DNA of 64,000 nt. Origin: a virus. This document shows, in pieces, positions 26,370 to 35,170 of the stretch (within the stretch, counting starts at the first letter, position 1; each line of letters opens with the position of its first letter). Below the pieces are notes generated by a model, which saw nothing but the letters and a program-made list of their open reading frames with translations, did not search any database and was not told the DNA's origin. The DNA lies in IMG/VR virus record IMGVR_UViG_3300035211_000053, positions 2,481 through 66,480 of that record; one strand, written 5' to 3'. Made by a program: the position numbers and the translations under genes.

Positions 26370-26474
26370 TCAGGACGCCAAACCTTCAATGAACAGCAGG
26401 ATGTTGACCAGGTAGCCGACGAACAGCAAGATCCACAGGGCGGCGCGCCAGACGCTCAGCTCACCAGTGACCAC
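26370..26474 (-). CDS. Small single-TM peptide (34 aa)
   Basis: MVTGELSVWRAALWILLFVGYLVNILLFIEGLAS exactly fills the gap (TAGTG overlap). Confidence 0.5.
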   Translation of the reverse strand: MVTGELSVWRAALWILLFVGYLVNILLFIEGLAS

Positions 26475-27018
26475 TAAAGCGCGCCCCAGTACCAGTAGAC
26501 CAAATTCTTCTCTCTGACGCAGTCGGAGCCGATGAAGTACCACGGGCCCCCGGTCGCCGGGGATTGTGGTGTAGGAGGCGGCTCATCTATGGCTCCCTCG
26601 GTGGTGGCGTAGGACGAGAACGCGACGGGCATGAGCAACATGCGCCCTGTCGCCGCGTCCACTGTAAACGATCTCAGCTTCCCATCGGTGTCGACGCCGG
26701 CCATCATGGCGGCACCTACCGGAGCTTCAGCGCCCAACTCGTCGATTGTCGGGTCACCGGCTCCAGTGACGAGCACCGTACGGGTATCATAGCGCGCGTT
26801 GGAGCTTGCCTTGTAATTGTCCTCGAAGTCCTGAGCCTCTGGTGTGCCTTTCGGCAGAAGGATCCAGTATCGCTCCGTGTCGGCGGCTCGGATGTTCGTA
26901 GTGAACCGGGGAACTCACCGTAGTTCAGCGCCAATCCCTTTTTTACAACCGTAATCTGCTTGAATTCTTCCCAGTCGGGCACATGAATCATGGCCGGCTG
27001 TGCAGGGATGTACGTCAT
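26474..27018 (-). pseudogene. Frameshifted virion-type gene (or sequencing error)
   Basis: 5' part MTYIPAQ...NYGEFPG and 3' part IRAADTERYWILLPKGTPEAQDFEDNYK...YWGAL lie in different frames; switch near 26890-26914. Confidence 0.6.
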
Positions 27019-27052
27019 TCCCCACCTCGCACTTCTACCTATCTGTGTCGTC

Positions 27053-28120
27053 TCACACCAGAGTCCACTTGACCCCATTGTAAACGGTGGTAACGGACTC
27101 GTAGTTGGCGTTCATCACGAACGTCGCTGCCCCATTGATCAGCTTCCCGTTGCCATCGATCGTGATGTTGTAGGTCAGCGCTTGCCCGTCGGCATCGATG
27201 ACGTTGACCAGTTGTCCATGGGTTGGGGAAAGCGGCAGCGTGATCGTCACCGCAGCGGTGTTCCCGGTGACAGCAACCTGCAGGCTACGTCCGTCAATTG
27301 GGGTGCTCGCGGATACGTTGATCAGCATTTCGAATTCTTGCCAGACGTAGGAGTTTTGCTCGAGCAGATCGTCAATCAAGGCGTTGCTCTCGTCCGGATC
27401 GTCCGCAATGACTGTGCCGGTCCCGAGCGATGCGTTGACGCCCTCGTAGTCGTTGCTGCGCGGGTCCCCATCCGTCGGAGACTCGATCTCGGTCGCCAGC
27501 ACATCCAGGCTCACGGCCCAGTAGAGCGTCTCCTGGTCGGAGAACTTCGCCGGCCCTCGCCGGATGCTGTTCGGGGCTACCGTGCACTTCGACCAATTGG
27601 CCGTTCCTGCACCAGGCCCAAGCACCAGCTTAGGCTGCGTTGCGTGCCCTGGCGTAGTCGCGTAGGCCCGGTGACCACCACGGTCGATGACTAGCAGCAT
27701 GACCTTCAGGGCCGCCGCCAGGAAGTCCAGCATCTTGCGCCGGTCCCCCGCCGTCAGCGGGCCCAGGATGTAGTCGACGGCGAATGTGCGAGTCAGCTGC
27801 CCCTGGCTGAGGTCCAGTTCTTCCCAGGATCCCTCCCCGGTCCAGTAGACGGCCAACAGCGGAAAGCTCTGCTCGGTCGTCTGCAGAATGTGCGGGTCAG
27901 GCTCGTCGGCCAGCGTGTCGGCTACCGGTGTGGTGCCTGCCAGGCTGCTGCTCGCCGCAGCGTCGGTCCACCGCGCTGCCAACTCGTCGTTGAGCGCCGC
28001 AGCCAGCAAGGCCAGCAGGATGTCCCGCCCGGGCTCGAGGCTGGCAGCCGTGGTCTCGTCAGTGTCCGAGAGCGGGAATGCTGTGCCGCCGACTGTGCGG
28101 TAGAGGCTGTTGGCGGTCAT
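27053..28120 (-). CDS. Tail terminator-like protein with a C-terminal fibre-type beta domain
   Basis: FPLLAVY motif and position; C-terminal TITLP...NITIDGNG..ING...YNGVKW domain. Confidence 0.6.
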   Translation of the reverse strand: MTANSLYRTVGGTAFPLSDTDETTAASLEPGRDILLALLAAALNDELAARWTDAAASSSLAGTTPVADTLADEPDPHILQTTEQSFPLLAVYWTGEGSWEELDLSQGQLTRTFAVDYILGPLTAGDRRKMLDFLAAALKVMLLVIDRGGHRAYATTPGHATQPKLVLGPGAGTANWSKCTVAPNSIRRGPAKFSDQETLYWAVSLDVLATEIESPTDGDPRSNDYEGVNASLGTGTVIADDPDESNALIDDLLEQNSYVWQEFEMLINVSASTPIDGRSLQVAVTGNTAAVTITLPLSPTHGQLVNVIDADGQALTYNITIDGNGKLINGAATFVMNANYESVTTVYNGVKWTLV

Positions 28121-28371
28121 AGCTTAGCGATGTCCACTGGGTAGACCTTCACCACAGACACACGCGGGATCACGACAACGCCTGAGGCCTGGAGCGGAGG
28201 ACCATCTCCAAGCTGCTGGGCAATGGTCAGCGACGATTTGGTTTTGTGGATCAACCACCCAGCGGTCAGCACTTTCACGTGCTCGCCAGGTTCAATGTCG
28301 TCAACCGCACGCCACGAAGGAACAGGCTGGACTGAGTCCACCCACTCCACAACCACAAGCTTGTACTTCAC
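28117..28371 (-). CDS. Small conserved-type phage protein
   Basis: LVVVEWVDS...TAGWLI...IPRVSV pattern common in phage ORFs. Confidence 0.7.
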   Translation of the reverse strand: MKYKLVVVEWVDSVQPVPSWRAVDDIEPGEHVKVLTAGWLIHKTKSSLTIAQQLGDGPPLQASGVVVIPRVSVVKVYPVDIAKL

Positions 28372-28392
28372 GGCCGCCTCCTGCCGTTGTGC

Positions 28393-28629
28393 TCAGGCCT
28401 CCGAATCGTTGCGTGAGCAGAGAAACGTCACCATGCCCTGGGTGGCCTGCTGGTTCGTGGAATCCCAGGTAACCTTCCACCCGCCGTCTTCGTATGGCTC
28501 GAAGTCGAGCGGCGTTGGCTTTTCGACGCGGTCACCCTCGGCCAAGAGCCGCGGCGTCTCCCGCCAGGCCAGGCGGATTGCGGCGGCGCAGGCGCCAAGA
28601 CGCACAACCAGGAGTCTCCAGTCCATCAT
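28393..28629 (-). CDS. Hypothetical protein
   Basis: ATGA-coupled 78-aa ORF. Confidence 0.5.
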   Translation of the reverse strand: MMDWRLLVVRLGACAAAIRLAWRETPRLLAEGDRVEKPTPLDFEPYEDGGWKVTWDSTNQQATQGMVTFLCSRNDSEA

Positions 28630-29057
28630 TCCACCTGGGGGGCCGCGCGGAGCATGTAGTGGAGGGCCCGGTCACAGGAAACGTCGACGATCCGCATGTA
28701 GCTTGTCCCGCTGGGCCCCACGACCTTGAGCAACCGCTCCTGCTTGACCGTAAGCGTACCATCCAGGGTAGCGACTGAAACCCCGCCGCCCGTGTGCGCC
28801 GGAGTCAGCGGACCGACCTCGATCGTGTCGCTCTCCAGGTTGTCTACTGCGATGATCTCACCCGAGAGATCGCGCACCTTAGGTGGTTGCCCACTTTCCG
28901 TCAGCTCGGTGGCCGCCTCGGTGTAGGTTCCCTCGCCTACTGCGGCACCGGACCACGTGCGGACGGCAGCGTAGCAACGCGTAGGACGTAGCCCGAGCGA
29001 ACCGGCGATGCTGCGCGCTGAGGCGAGCGTCGGCAGAAGGTCGCTCGCGAGACTCAC
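28626..29057 (-). CDS. Head closure / head-tail joining protein
   Basis: Size, position and beta-rich composition. Confidence 0.6.
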   Translation of the reverse strand: MSLASDLLPTLASARSIAGSLGLRPTRCYAAVRTWSGAAVGEGTYTEAATELTESGQPPKVRDLSGEIIAVDNLESDTIEVGPLTPAHTGGGVSVATLDGTLTVKQERLLKVVGPSGTSYMRIVDVSCDRALHYMLRAAPQVE

Positions 29058-29497
29058 CGTTCACGCCACTTCATCAGGTAGATCTGCTGGGCGGCCCCCG
29101 CGGACGTACTAGCACCTGCGACAGCGACAGCGCGGATCTTCTTCCCTGGGTGCGCAAACGCAATCTTGCCGGCTGCCAACGCGACACCTGGGGCGGCGGC
29201 TGTACCGCCACCAATCGTCATGATGGTCGACTCGGACATTTTGCTGTCCAGGACGTAGCGGTAGGTAGTCGACCCTGCAGCCAATTGCGTGAAGTGGATC
29301 CAGTCCGCCCACACGTTGTACTTGATCTCGGCCTGCAGATAGATGTCCAGTGTCCCGCCCGTGGCCTGCGTCAGCACACCGATCACCGTGAACCAGTCGT
29401 AGTCGTCCAGATCATCGATCGTCGGTGTCTCGACTACCGTCGATTCGGATGCCGGGCTGGTGAATGCGATTGTTGCGTCCCATGCATATCGGGTCAT
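29054..29497 (-). CDS. Jelly-roll-like structural protein
   Basis: GGTLDIYLQ...WADWIHFTQL...KIRAVAV pattern. Confidence 0.65.
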   Translation of the reverse strand: MTRYAWDATIAFTSPASESTVVETPTIDDLDDYDWFTVIGVLTQATGGTLDIYLQAEIKYNVWADWIHFTQLAAGSTTYRYVLDSKMSESTIMTIGGGTAAAPGVALAAGKIAFAHPGKKIRAVAVAGASTSAGAAQQIYLMKWRER

Positions 29498-30111
29498 CAG
29501 AAAGCCTCGAGCATCACACGGTGATAGTCAGCGGCGCCGCGCATCGGCACACGCACAAGCGCGGAAATGGATTGGCAGATCGATCCGTAGTGATTCATGC
29601 GGCCTGCTAGCGCAATGTTGGACGACCCGGTGGTCTGCCAGACCACATCGTTCTTGTCGACCGACTTGAGCCCACTCGTGCCCGCCACGCTGACCCCAGA
29701 GATAGCGTGCCACGCCTGATCAGCTTCACGAAGCAGCATGCGCAACCGAGCCTTGCCGCTCATGGTCGCAATGGGGTACCCGTCGTCGGTGTGCGCTTTG
29801 GTGAAGTAGGCCGTGAATGTCGTGACGTCGGCCGCCTTGACAGTCACGATCTCCAATTGGTCGTCCGTGTCCACCACGAGCTTGCCGTAGACATCAATCC
29901 CGGTCATTGCCACAGGCGTGACAACCGTCGTGCTACCAGCTGTGATGGCGGTTGTCGCAGATGTCTCCGTCCCTGTGCCGAGATACGGACTGACGATCGA
30001 ATCGAAGATCGACCAGTAACCGTCCTGGGTGTAGGGCAGCGCGCCGACGGCGACGTTACCCCAACCCAGGTGAAAGCGAGTGCTTTCGATCTCGGCCGTG
30101 GACAGGGTCAT
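29497..30111 (-). CDS. Head-tail adaptor protein
   Basis: LSTAEIESTRFHLGW N-terminal helix; GLKSVD..VVW near the C-terminus. Confidence 0.65.
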   Translation of the reverse strand: MTLSTAEIESTRFHLGWGNVAVGALPYTQDGYWSIFDSIVSPYLGTGTETSATTAITAGSTTVVTPVAMTGIDVYGKLVVDTDDQLEIVTVKAADVTTFTAYFTKAHTDDGYPIATMSGKARLRMLLREADQAWHAISGVSVAGTSGLKSVDKNDVVWQTTGSSNIALAGRMNHYGSICQSISALVRVPMRGAADYHRVMLEAF

Positions 30112-30114
30112 GGA

Positions 30115-30525
30115 CTATGTGGTCGCGACGTTGACGCCGTCGACAAGCCCATCCGTGATTGCGTTTGCCGAGTAGTAGTAGTTGATGACCGCATCGGAAC
30201 TCGATGGATCTGCCCCGGTACCGGTCACAGCCACTCGGAAATACCGCGCACGGACAGGAAGCGTGACGACGCGCGTCCAGCTGGCGTCCGTGATGGTTTC
30301 GGTCTGGACCGCGGTCCCGCTGGCAATCACTCCAGTCGGGCTCGCCGACGGGCCAGCGTGATAGCTGGTGATGATGTTGGTCAGTGACCCCTTGGTGCCA
30401 GTAATTTCGACCGTGACCTCACCGTCTAGGGTCAGGTTCATGTCGAGGTCAGAGGCGTAGTCGGCTGTCCCGTTGCCGGTCAGCTGGGCGGTCGTGCGCG
30501 CTGCAAGAGTTGTTGCGGTTGCCAT
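30115..30525 (-). CDS. Capsid decoration-like protein, paralog 3
   Basis: GEVTVEITGTKGSLTN...YFRVAVTGTG shared with the two upstream genes. Confidence 0.7.
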   Translation of the reverse strand: MATATTLAARTTAQLTGNGTADYASDLDMNLTLDGEVTVEITGTKGSLTNIITSYHAGPSASPTGVIASGTAVQTETITDASWTRVVTLPVRARYFRVAVTGTGADPSSSDAVINYYYSANAITDGLVDGVNVATT

Positions 30526-30531
30526 GATGCC

Positions 30532-30927
30532 TCAGTCGATCCGCTGCGTCCCGTCGGTCAGCGCGGTCGTCATGTAGTCCTGATACCGATAGGTGAAGTT
30601 GCACGTCGAGCTCGTTACCGTGCCTACGCCTTGGACGCTCAGTCGAAAGACAGCGCAGCCAGGGCAGTCGAAGACCAAAGCCGCCTCGGTGTCCCCGGTA
30701 AGGCTGAACTGCTGCTTGACACCATTGACGTAGAGGATGTCAGTCGGGGTAGCCGCGTTGCCAGCGTAGGCCTTGACCGTCACGCTTGTCAGCGATCCGA
30801 TCGTCAGGCTGAAATCGACCGTAACACGACCGCTCATCGCAGCAGTCATGGCGCAATCGGCACCAAAGACCTCGCCGGTCGTGAGAATGGCCGCCGCGCG
30901 GCCAGTAGCAGATCCTGCAGTTGCCAT
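30532..30927 (-). CDS. Capsid decoration-like protein, paralog 2
   Basis: Start MATAGS at 30927 (TAATG); GRAAAILTTGEV...VTVDFSLTIGSLT...FRLSVQGVGTVTSS. Confidence 0.75.
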   Translation of the reverse strand: MATAGSATGRAAAILTTGEVFGADCAMTAAMSGRVTVDFSLTIGSLTSVTVKAYAGNAATPTDILYVNGVKQQFSLTGDTEAALVFDCPGCAVFRLSVQGVGTVTSSTCNFTYRYQDYMTTALTDGTQRID

Positions 30928-31301
30928 TAGATATACACCCCAGGCTTCTCCCACCGATACGTGAAATCGCACAGTGAGCTGGTGACCGTCCCGGAGCCCT
31001 GTACGGACACGCGGAACCACTTCCACCCCGGCAACGCCGGGACCACGTAGCACCGCTCGCTGGACGCCGTCAGGACCTCCTGCATGTTGGTGCCGTTGAT
31101 GTTGATTTGGTCGTAGGTGGTCCCATCCATCGAGGCGTAGAACCTAACCGTGACATTGGTCAGCGACCCGATGGTGAATGACAGGTCGACCGTGACCAGC
31201 TGTCCTCTGATGCCGATCAGACTCAGCGCCGTGCCCGCGACCTCACCCGTCGTCAGGACTGCCGATGCCCGGCCGGACTTACTCTTGGTGTAGTTCAGCA
31301 T
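30927..31301 (-). CDS. Capsid decoration-like protein, paralog 1
   Basis: TAAGGAG RBS; GRASAVLTTGEV...VTVDLSFTIGSLT...FRVSVQGSGTVTSS. Confidence 0.75.
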   Translation of the reverse strand: MLNYTKSKSGRASAVLTTGEVAGTALSLIGIRGQLVTVDLSFTIGSLTNVTVRFYASMDGTTYDQININGTNMQEVLTASSERCYVVPALPGWKWFRVSVQGSGTVTSSLCDFTYRWEKPGVYI

Positions 31302-31310
31302 GATTGCTCC

Positions 31311-32486
31311 TTAGGTGCTCTGAGCGAGGATCCGCTGGATGCCCCGCGCGTCGATCAACTGGAAAGCGTGGAGCGCGTACCAGATGCACTTCGCGAGGGT
31401 GCCGTAGTTGGTATCGTCTGCGAACCGGCACTCGGGGCCGATGGCGCCCTGTTGCTCGGAGATGGCAGTGCCGAACCCGACAGCCCCCGGCCCGAACATG
31501 ATGGCCTCTTCGAGGGTCACGCCAGTTGCGACGGTACCGGTTTCATCACCTGGAACCACAGACGCGGCCGCGTACTGCTTGGTCGTCGAGCACTCGAAGA
31601 GATCGACGTCCTGAATGCTGCCGATGTACCCGTACAGCTGGTTTTTCTCGGCGTGCTGCGCGGACAGCTGCCGGTATTCGACATCGCTCAACATCTGGGT
31701 GTTGAAGCACGTCGGCACGATGCAACCGTAGGACCCGTTGGGGAACTTCGGCCAGTTGCGCTCCGACAGCGTCTGCTTCGCGCGGATGATGGCCTCGGCT
31801 GAAAAGATGTCGCCGCCGCCGGCGGTGAAGCTGGAGGCATCACCCAAACCAGCATTGGCCAACGTGGTGTACCCCGACGCCCGCATGCGGTCGCGGATGA
31901 CCGTGTCCAGCCAGTACGTGTAGTCGTAGTGCAGCGCGTTGGTAACGAGCCCAACGGTGGAGAGCAGCGCGTTCTTGTACTTGCTGTCGAAGTTCTTGAC
32001 GGCAAACGGCGCTGGCGCGCTACCGTCGCTGGCGTACGGGCCCAGGTATTCCTTGAGCTCTGCCGTGACCTGCTCGGTCGCGACGGTTCGGCCCGTAGTG
32101 CTGATCGACTCATCGCCGGTCATCTCACGGTCCGACTCAGTCAAGCCACCCACGCTGTAGACGGGGCGCTGGAATTTGAGCGTGTCGCCCATTTCCTTGC
32201 CGAACGCGTCGAGTGCGGTCACGAAGCCCGGGAACATGTCGGCCACTCGGGCTAGTCGATCGAGATCTGCTGGGATCCCGATTTGCTGCCCGCCGCCAGC
32301 CGCCGTCACGTACTGCTGAGCAGTCATGGCACCAGCGTTGAGAGCCTGCAGAGAAAGCCGTCCGCTCATCGCCCAGTGAGCGAAGAGGAACTGCGGGGTT
32401 GGAGTCGGCAGAAGAAGGTTCTGCGTCACCCGGGAACGAAAGTCCTCGAAATTGGCGGGGACCGAGCCCCTTCCGACGAATGCCAT
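31311..32486 (-). CDS. Major capsid protein (N4-gp56-like)
   Basis: 391 aa after the scaffold; GDTLKFQR, IGSIQDVDLFE, MFGPGAVG, DDTNYG...WYA motifs. Confidence 0.88.
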   Translation of the reverse strand: MAFVGRGSVPANFEDFRSRVTQNLLLPTPTPQFLFAHWAMSGRLSLQALNAGAMTAQQYVTAAGGGQQIGIPADLDRLARVADMFPGFVTALDAFGKEMGDTLKFQRPVYSVGGLTESDREMTGDESISTTGRTVATEQVTAELKEYLGPYASDGSAPAPFAVKNFDSKYKNALLSTVGLVTNALHYDYTYWLDTVIRDRMRASGYTTLANAGLGDASSFTAGGGDIFSAEAIIRAKQTLSERNWPKFPNGSYGCIVPTCFNTQMLSDVEYRQLSAQHAEKNQLYGYIGSIQDVDLFECSTTKQYAAASVVPGDETGTVATGVTLEEAIMFGPGAVGFGTAISEQQGAIGPECRFADDTNYGTLAKCIWYALHAFQLIDARGIQRILAQST

Positions 32487-32496
32487 GTCTTAACCT

Positions 32497-33228
32497 CTAT
32501 GTTGATGCCGGCCGCGACTTCTCAATCGCGATGGAATTCAGGCGGTAGTAAAGCGAGGCACCCATTGGGTCCTCGGCCTGTTTGCGTTGCCAGATACCGA
32601 ACGCAGTATCTGGACTCGTGGGTTGTGGTGCCGGTTGAGCACCGGGGTGAACTGTGGACGCCGGGGTTGGCTTGGGCGGGCCTGCTGCCGCCGCTCCGGC
32701 CTCGGCGACTTTGAGCATGCGCCAACGTAGCTCCGGATCTCCTGAGGCCACGTCGTCGATTGCCTTCTGCTGGGCCTCGGGCAATTTCTCGAATCTCTCC
32801 TGGACCAACTCGGCGAACGTCGTCTTGATGCGCTTCCCCTCTTCGGCAAGCGGCTCGAGCTCCTTCAGCCGTGCCGCCTGCTTTTCCGCCTCGGAGAGCG
32901 TCGATTCCTTGAGCTTTTTCAGCTCATCCAGCGATGTCTGCAGCTCATCAGGAGACTTCAGGCCATGGCTTTCGAGTAGCTCACGCAAAGCCGTTTCCTT
33001 GGCCTGCTTCAGGCGTCCAGGAAGCCACGCTGGGTTTGGTTCGTCTGCGGGAGCGGGTGGCGCCTGGGGGGGCGTCGGCGAAGCAACAGGCGGTGTCGCC
33101 GGGGTAGTCGGCGGGGTCTCTGGCTGGTTGGCTGCGGCGGCCAGAGCAGGAGCTGTCACGGGAGCGGCGTGTTGCGGTGCTGCTGCGGCAGGCTGAGTTG
33201 CAGCATTTGCAGGTGCATTCATGATCAT
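32497..33228 (-). CDS. Capsid scaffolding protein
   Basis: Pro/Ala-rich N-terminus, coiled coil with LSEAEK, directly upstream of the capsid gene. Confidence 0.8.
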   Translation of the reverse strand: MIMNAPANAATQPAAAAPQHAAPVTAPALAAAANQPETPPTTPATPPVASPTPPQAPPAPADEPNPAWLPGRLKQAKETALRELLESHGLKSPDELQTSLDELKKLKESTLSEAEKQAARLKELEPLAEEGKRIKTTFAELVQERFEKLPEAQQKAIDDVASGDPELRWRMLKVAEAGAAAAGPPKPTPASTVHPGAQPAPQPTSPDTAFGIWQRKQAEDPMGASLYYRLNSIAIEKSRPAST

Positions 33229-33337
33229 CCCTCAACGCCTTTTCACGGGGGGCGAGCCCTGGGATTGGGTTGTGCCGGTGATTTGCAGCCCACCGGCGAG
33301 GCTGAGCGGAGCGATTGGGGCTCGCTCCAGAGCCCGG
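33229..33337 (-). promoter_or_regulatory. Structured 5' leader of the scaffold/capsid genes
   Basis: Perfect 7-bp stems 33274-33280/33291-33297 and 33308-33314/33322-33328. Confidence 0.45.
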
Positions 33338-33589
33338 TCATTCGAGTGATGCGACTACATCCCAACTGGAGACCAGGACGTAGTTGTCGAATCGCAAAGC
33401 GTCTCTCAGCGCGCTGGCCCGGATCAGCACTGTACCCTTGGCACCTTTTGCCTCGGGACCGGCAGCGATGACCTGTGCAATCACAAGTGCATCTTGCTGG
33501 GGCTGACCCACCACAGGCTGTTCATTCTCCTCGATGGGCTCGAGGAACACGTAGTTACCAGTGGGTTTGATCCCAGACGCCACTGTCAC
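33338..33589 (-). CDS. GroES/Cpn10-like co-chaperonin
   Basis: IKPTGNYVFLEP, QVIAAGP and YVLVSSWDVVA match the GroES PLxDRV / VxAVGP / LxxxDILA layout. Confidence 0.65.
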   Translation of the reverse strand: MTVASGIKPTGNYVFLEPIEENEQPVVGQPQQDALVIAQVIAAGPEAKGAKGTVLIRASALRDALRFDNYVLVSSWDVVASLE

Positions 33590-33990
33590 GCCACCGTCGC
33601 GGCGACGATAACGGACATCGGCTGGCCGAAAGTTGGCAAGGCCGTGTCGTCGGCGTATTCCGCCGCCCCGTTGTCGTCGTAGATGGTCGCGTCAACCGTG
33701 GTACTGTTGAGCACAGCGGTTAGCCACTTGTACGTGTATCCAGTCGAGCTCACGAATGTGGACTGCCCTGGGCACGCACCGATCAGCGTGTAGGTCTTGC
33801 CGTCGCGGCGCTGCGCAGCGATGGCCGTTGCGATGTTGGTGATCTCGACAGACTCAGACGCGTCCTGGTCGTAGGTGCCAGACGGAGTCAAAAACACCTC
33901 ATAGACCACGACATTGCTGTCCGCCCGGCCCTTGAGCTGCACAATCTGAGCGACGCCTGCCGTCGCGGCGTTGAACGTGAGAGTTGCCAT
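33586..33990 (-). CDS. Hypothetical structural protein
   Basis: GGAGA RBS; T/A-rich 134 aa. Confidence 0.7.
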   Translation of the reverse strand: MATLTFNAATAGVAQIVQLKGRADSNVVVYEVFLTPSGTYDQDASESVEITNIATAIAAQRRDGKTYTLIGACPGQSTFVSSTGYTYKWLTAVLNSTTVDATIYDDNGAAEYADDTALPTFGQPMSVIVAATVA

Positions 33991-33996
33991 GTTGGT

Positions 33997-34152
33997 CTAT
34001 CTCCGGTTCCCCTGGTGGGGCTTGGGGGCCGCAGGGGCCTCGGGTTGCTTGGTTTCCGCCGGATTGGCGGGGTCGGTCTTGGGTTCGGCTGATGGCTTGG
34101 GAGCCCCGGGGGGATCAAGTCGCTCACCGGTTTTGTCGTCGAATCTGGCCAT
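33997..34152 (-). CDS. Small Pro/Ala/Lys-rich protein (51 aa)
   Basis: GGGAG RBS; MARFDDKTGERLDPPGAPKP...; below the ORF-track cutoff. Confidence 0.6.
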   Translation of the reverse strand: MARFDDKTGERLDPPGAPKPSAEPKTDPANPAETKQPEAPAAPKPHQGNRR

Positions 34153-34171
34153 GGTGTGCTATTCTCCCTAG

Positions 34172-34477
34172 ATGCATGGATACCTGTTGTCCGAGCTGTC
34201 CCGCAGAAGCCGACTGGCCAAACGTACTGTGCTGCAATGGGCACAGGACCCACTTTCTCTCTCGCTCAGAAGTCGAGAGGCTTTATACAGAGCCGGAGAA
34301 ACGCTTGGACTAGAAGAGTCTGCTAGAGCGCAACTGCCTCAATTCATTGGCGCCAGGGGAAGGGCCGTGGAGCTCGCTGGAATCCTGAGACATGTCCGAA
34401 AGATCGAACGGTCTGCATGCAAGGACGCCCTGAAAGAGATCGAGTACGCCCGGCGTCTTGGTAGGCATGTCCCGTAA
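34172..34477 (+). CDS. Opposite-strand ORF with LacI-like HTH headpiece
   Basis: LSELSRRSRLAKRTV...LSLRSREALYRAGETLGL resembles a LacI HTH plus following helix; fills the gap in the head operon. Confidence 0.5.
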   Translation: MHGYLLSELSRRSRLAKRTVLQWAQDPLSLSLRSREALYRAGETLGLEESARAQLPQFIGARGRAVELAGILRHVRKIERSACKDALKEIEYARRLGRHVP

Positions 34478-35170
34478 TCACGCCGCCAAGTCGGTCTCGT
34501 AGTCGAACCAGAACGGCAGCAAAATCGTGCCCTCGTAGCAGCGGCAGTTTCCGTGGACGCCGCCCGGGCGCCCGTCAGGGAAGTCCAGGAAGAACGGGAC
34601 TACCGTGTGGTGGGCTCGCCCGCACTTGGGGCACGTCCTCTTGTCGAGCGTGGCATCCCAGACCTTGAAGACGGCCAAGCTGCCGGTCGTGGCTTCCTGT
34701 CGCTGCCCGACTCTGCGGATGATCTGGTCCCGCTCGTCGCTCGTGGCCTCGGCTACCTCGGTTGTACCGATGAGCCTGAGCCTGGCTTCGGTCGCGTCCA
34801 GGGCGGCCTGTGGGTCACCGGTCGCAGCGTACCGCCGGCGCCAGTAGTCCGCGTAGCTCCATCCAATCGCGAAAGCTCGGTCCTGGTCGTACTGGTCGCG
34901 GGCAGTATCAGGAGCGGCCGGCAGGTCGAGAATCGCTGCCTCGTCGGCGTACGTTGCCCGACCATCTGCCCGAGCTCCGCGGCGCCCGCCGTAGACAGAC
35001 GTGGCGACCGCTACTCGGAGAGCCTGCTCAGCGACCCTGGGGTTGCGGCTGACCGCTGCCCGTGTCGTTGCCGCCAGCGCGCCCCGTAGGCTTGCCTCCC
35101 GCTGAAGCATTGCCGCCCGACCGCGCTCCCATGTCTGATCTAGCTCCCTGGGAATCGTCGGCTTGGCCAA
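34478..35170 (-). CDS. Minor head protein (Mu gpF / SPP1 gp7-like)
   Basis: RLIGTTEV, KVWDATLDKRTCPKC, HGNCRC motifs. Confidence 0.88.
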   Translation of the reverse strand: MAKPTIPRELDQTWERGRAAMLQREASLRGALAATTRAAVSRNPRVAEQALRVAVATSVYGGRRGARADGRATYADEAAILDLPAAPDTARDQYDQDRAFAIGWSYADYWRRRYAATGDPQAALDATEARLRLIGTTEVAEATSDERDQIIRRVGQRQEATTGSLAVFKVWDATLDKRTCPKCGRAHHTVVPFFLDFPDGRPGGVHGNCRCYEGTILLPFWFDYETDLAA

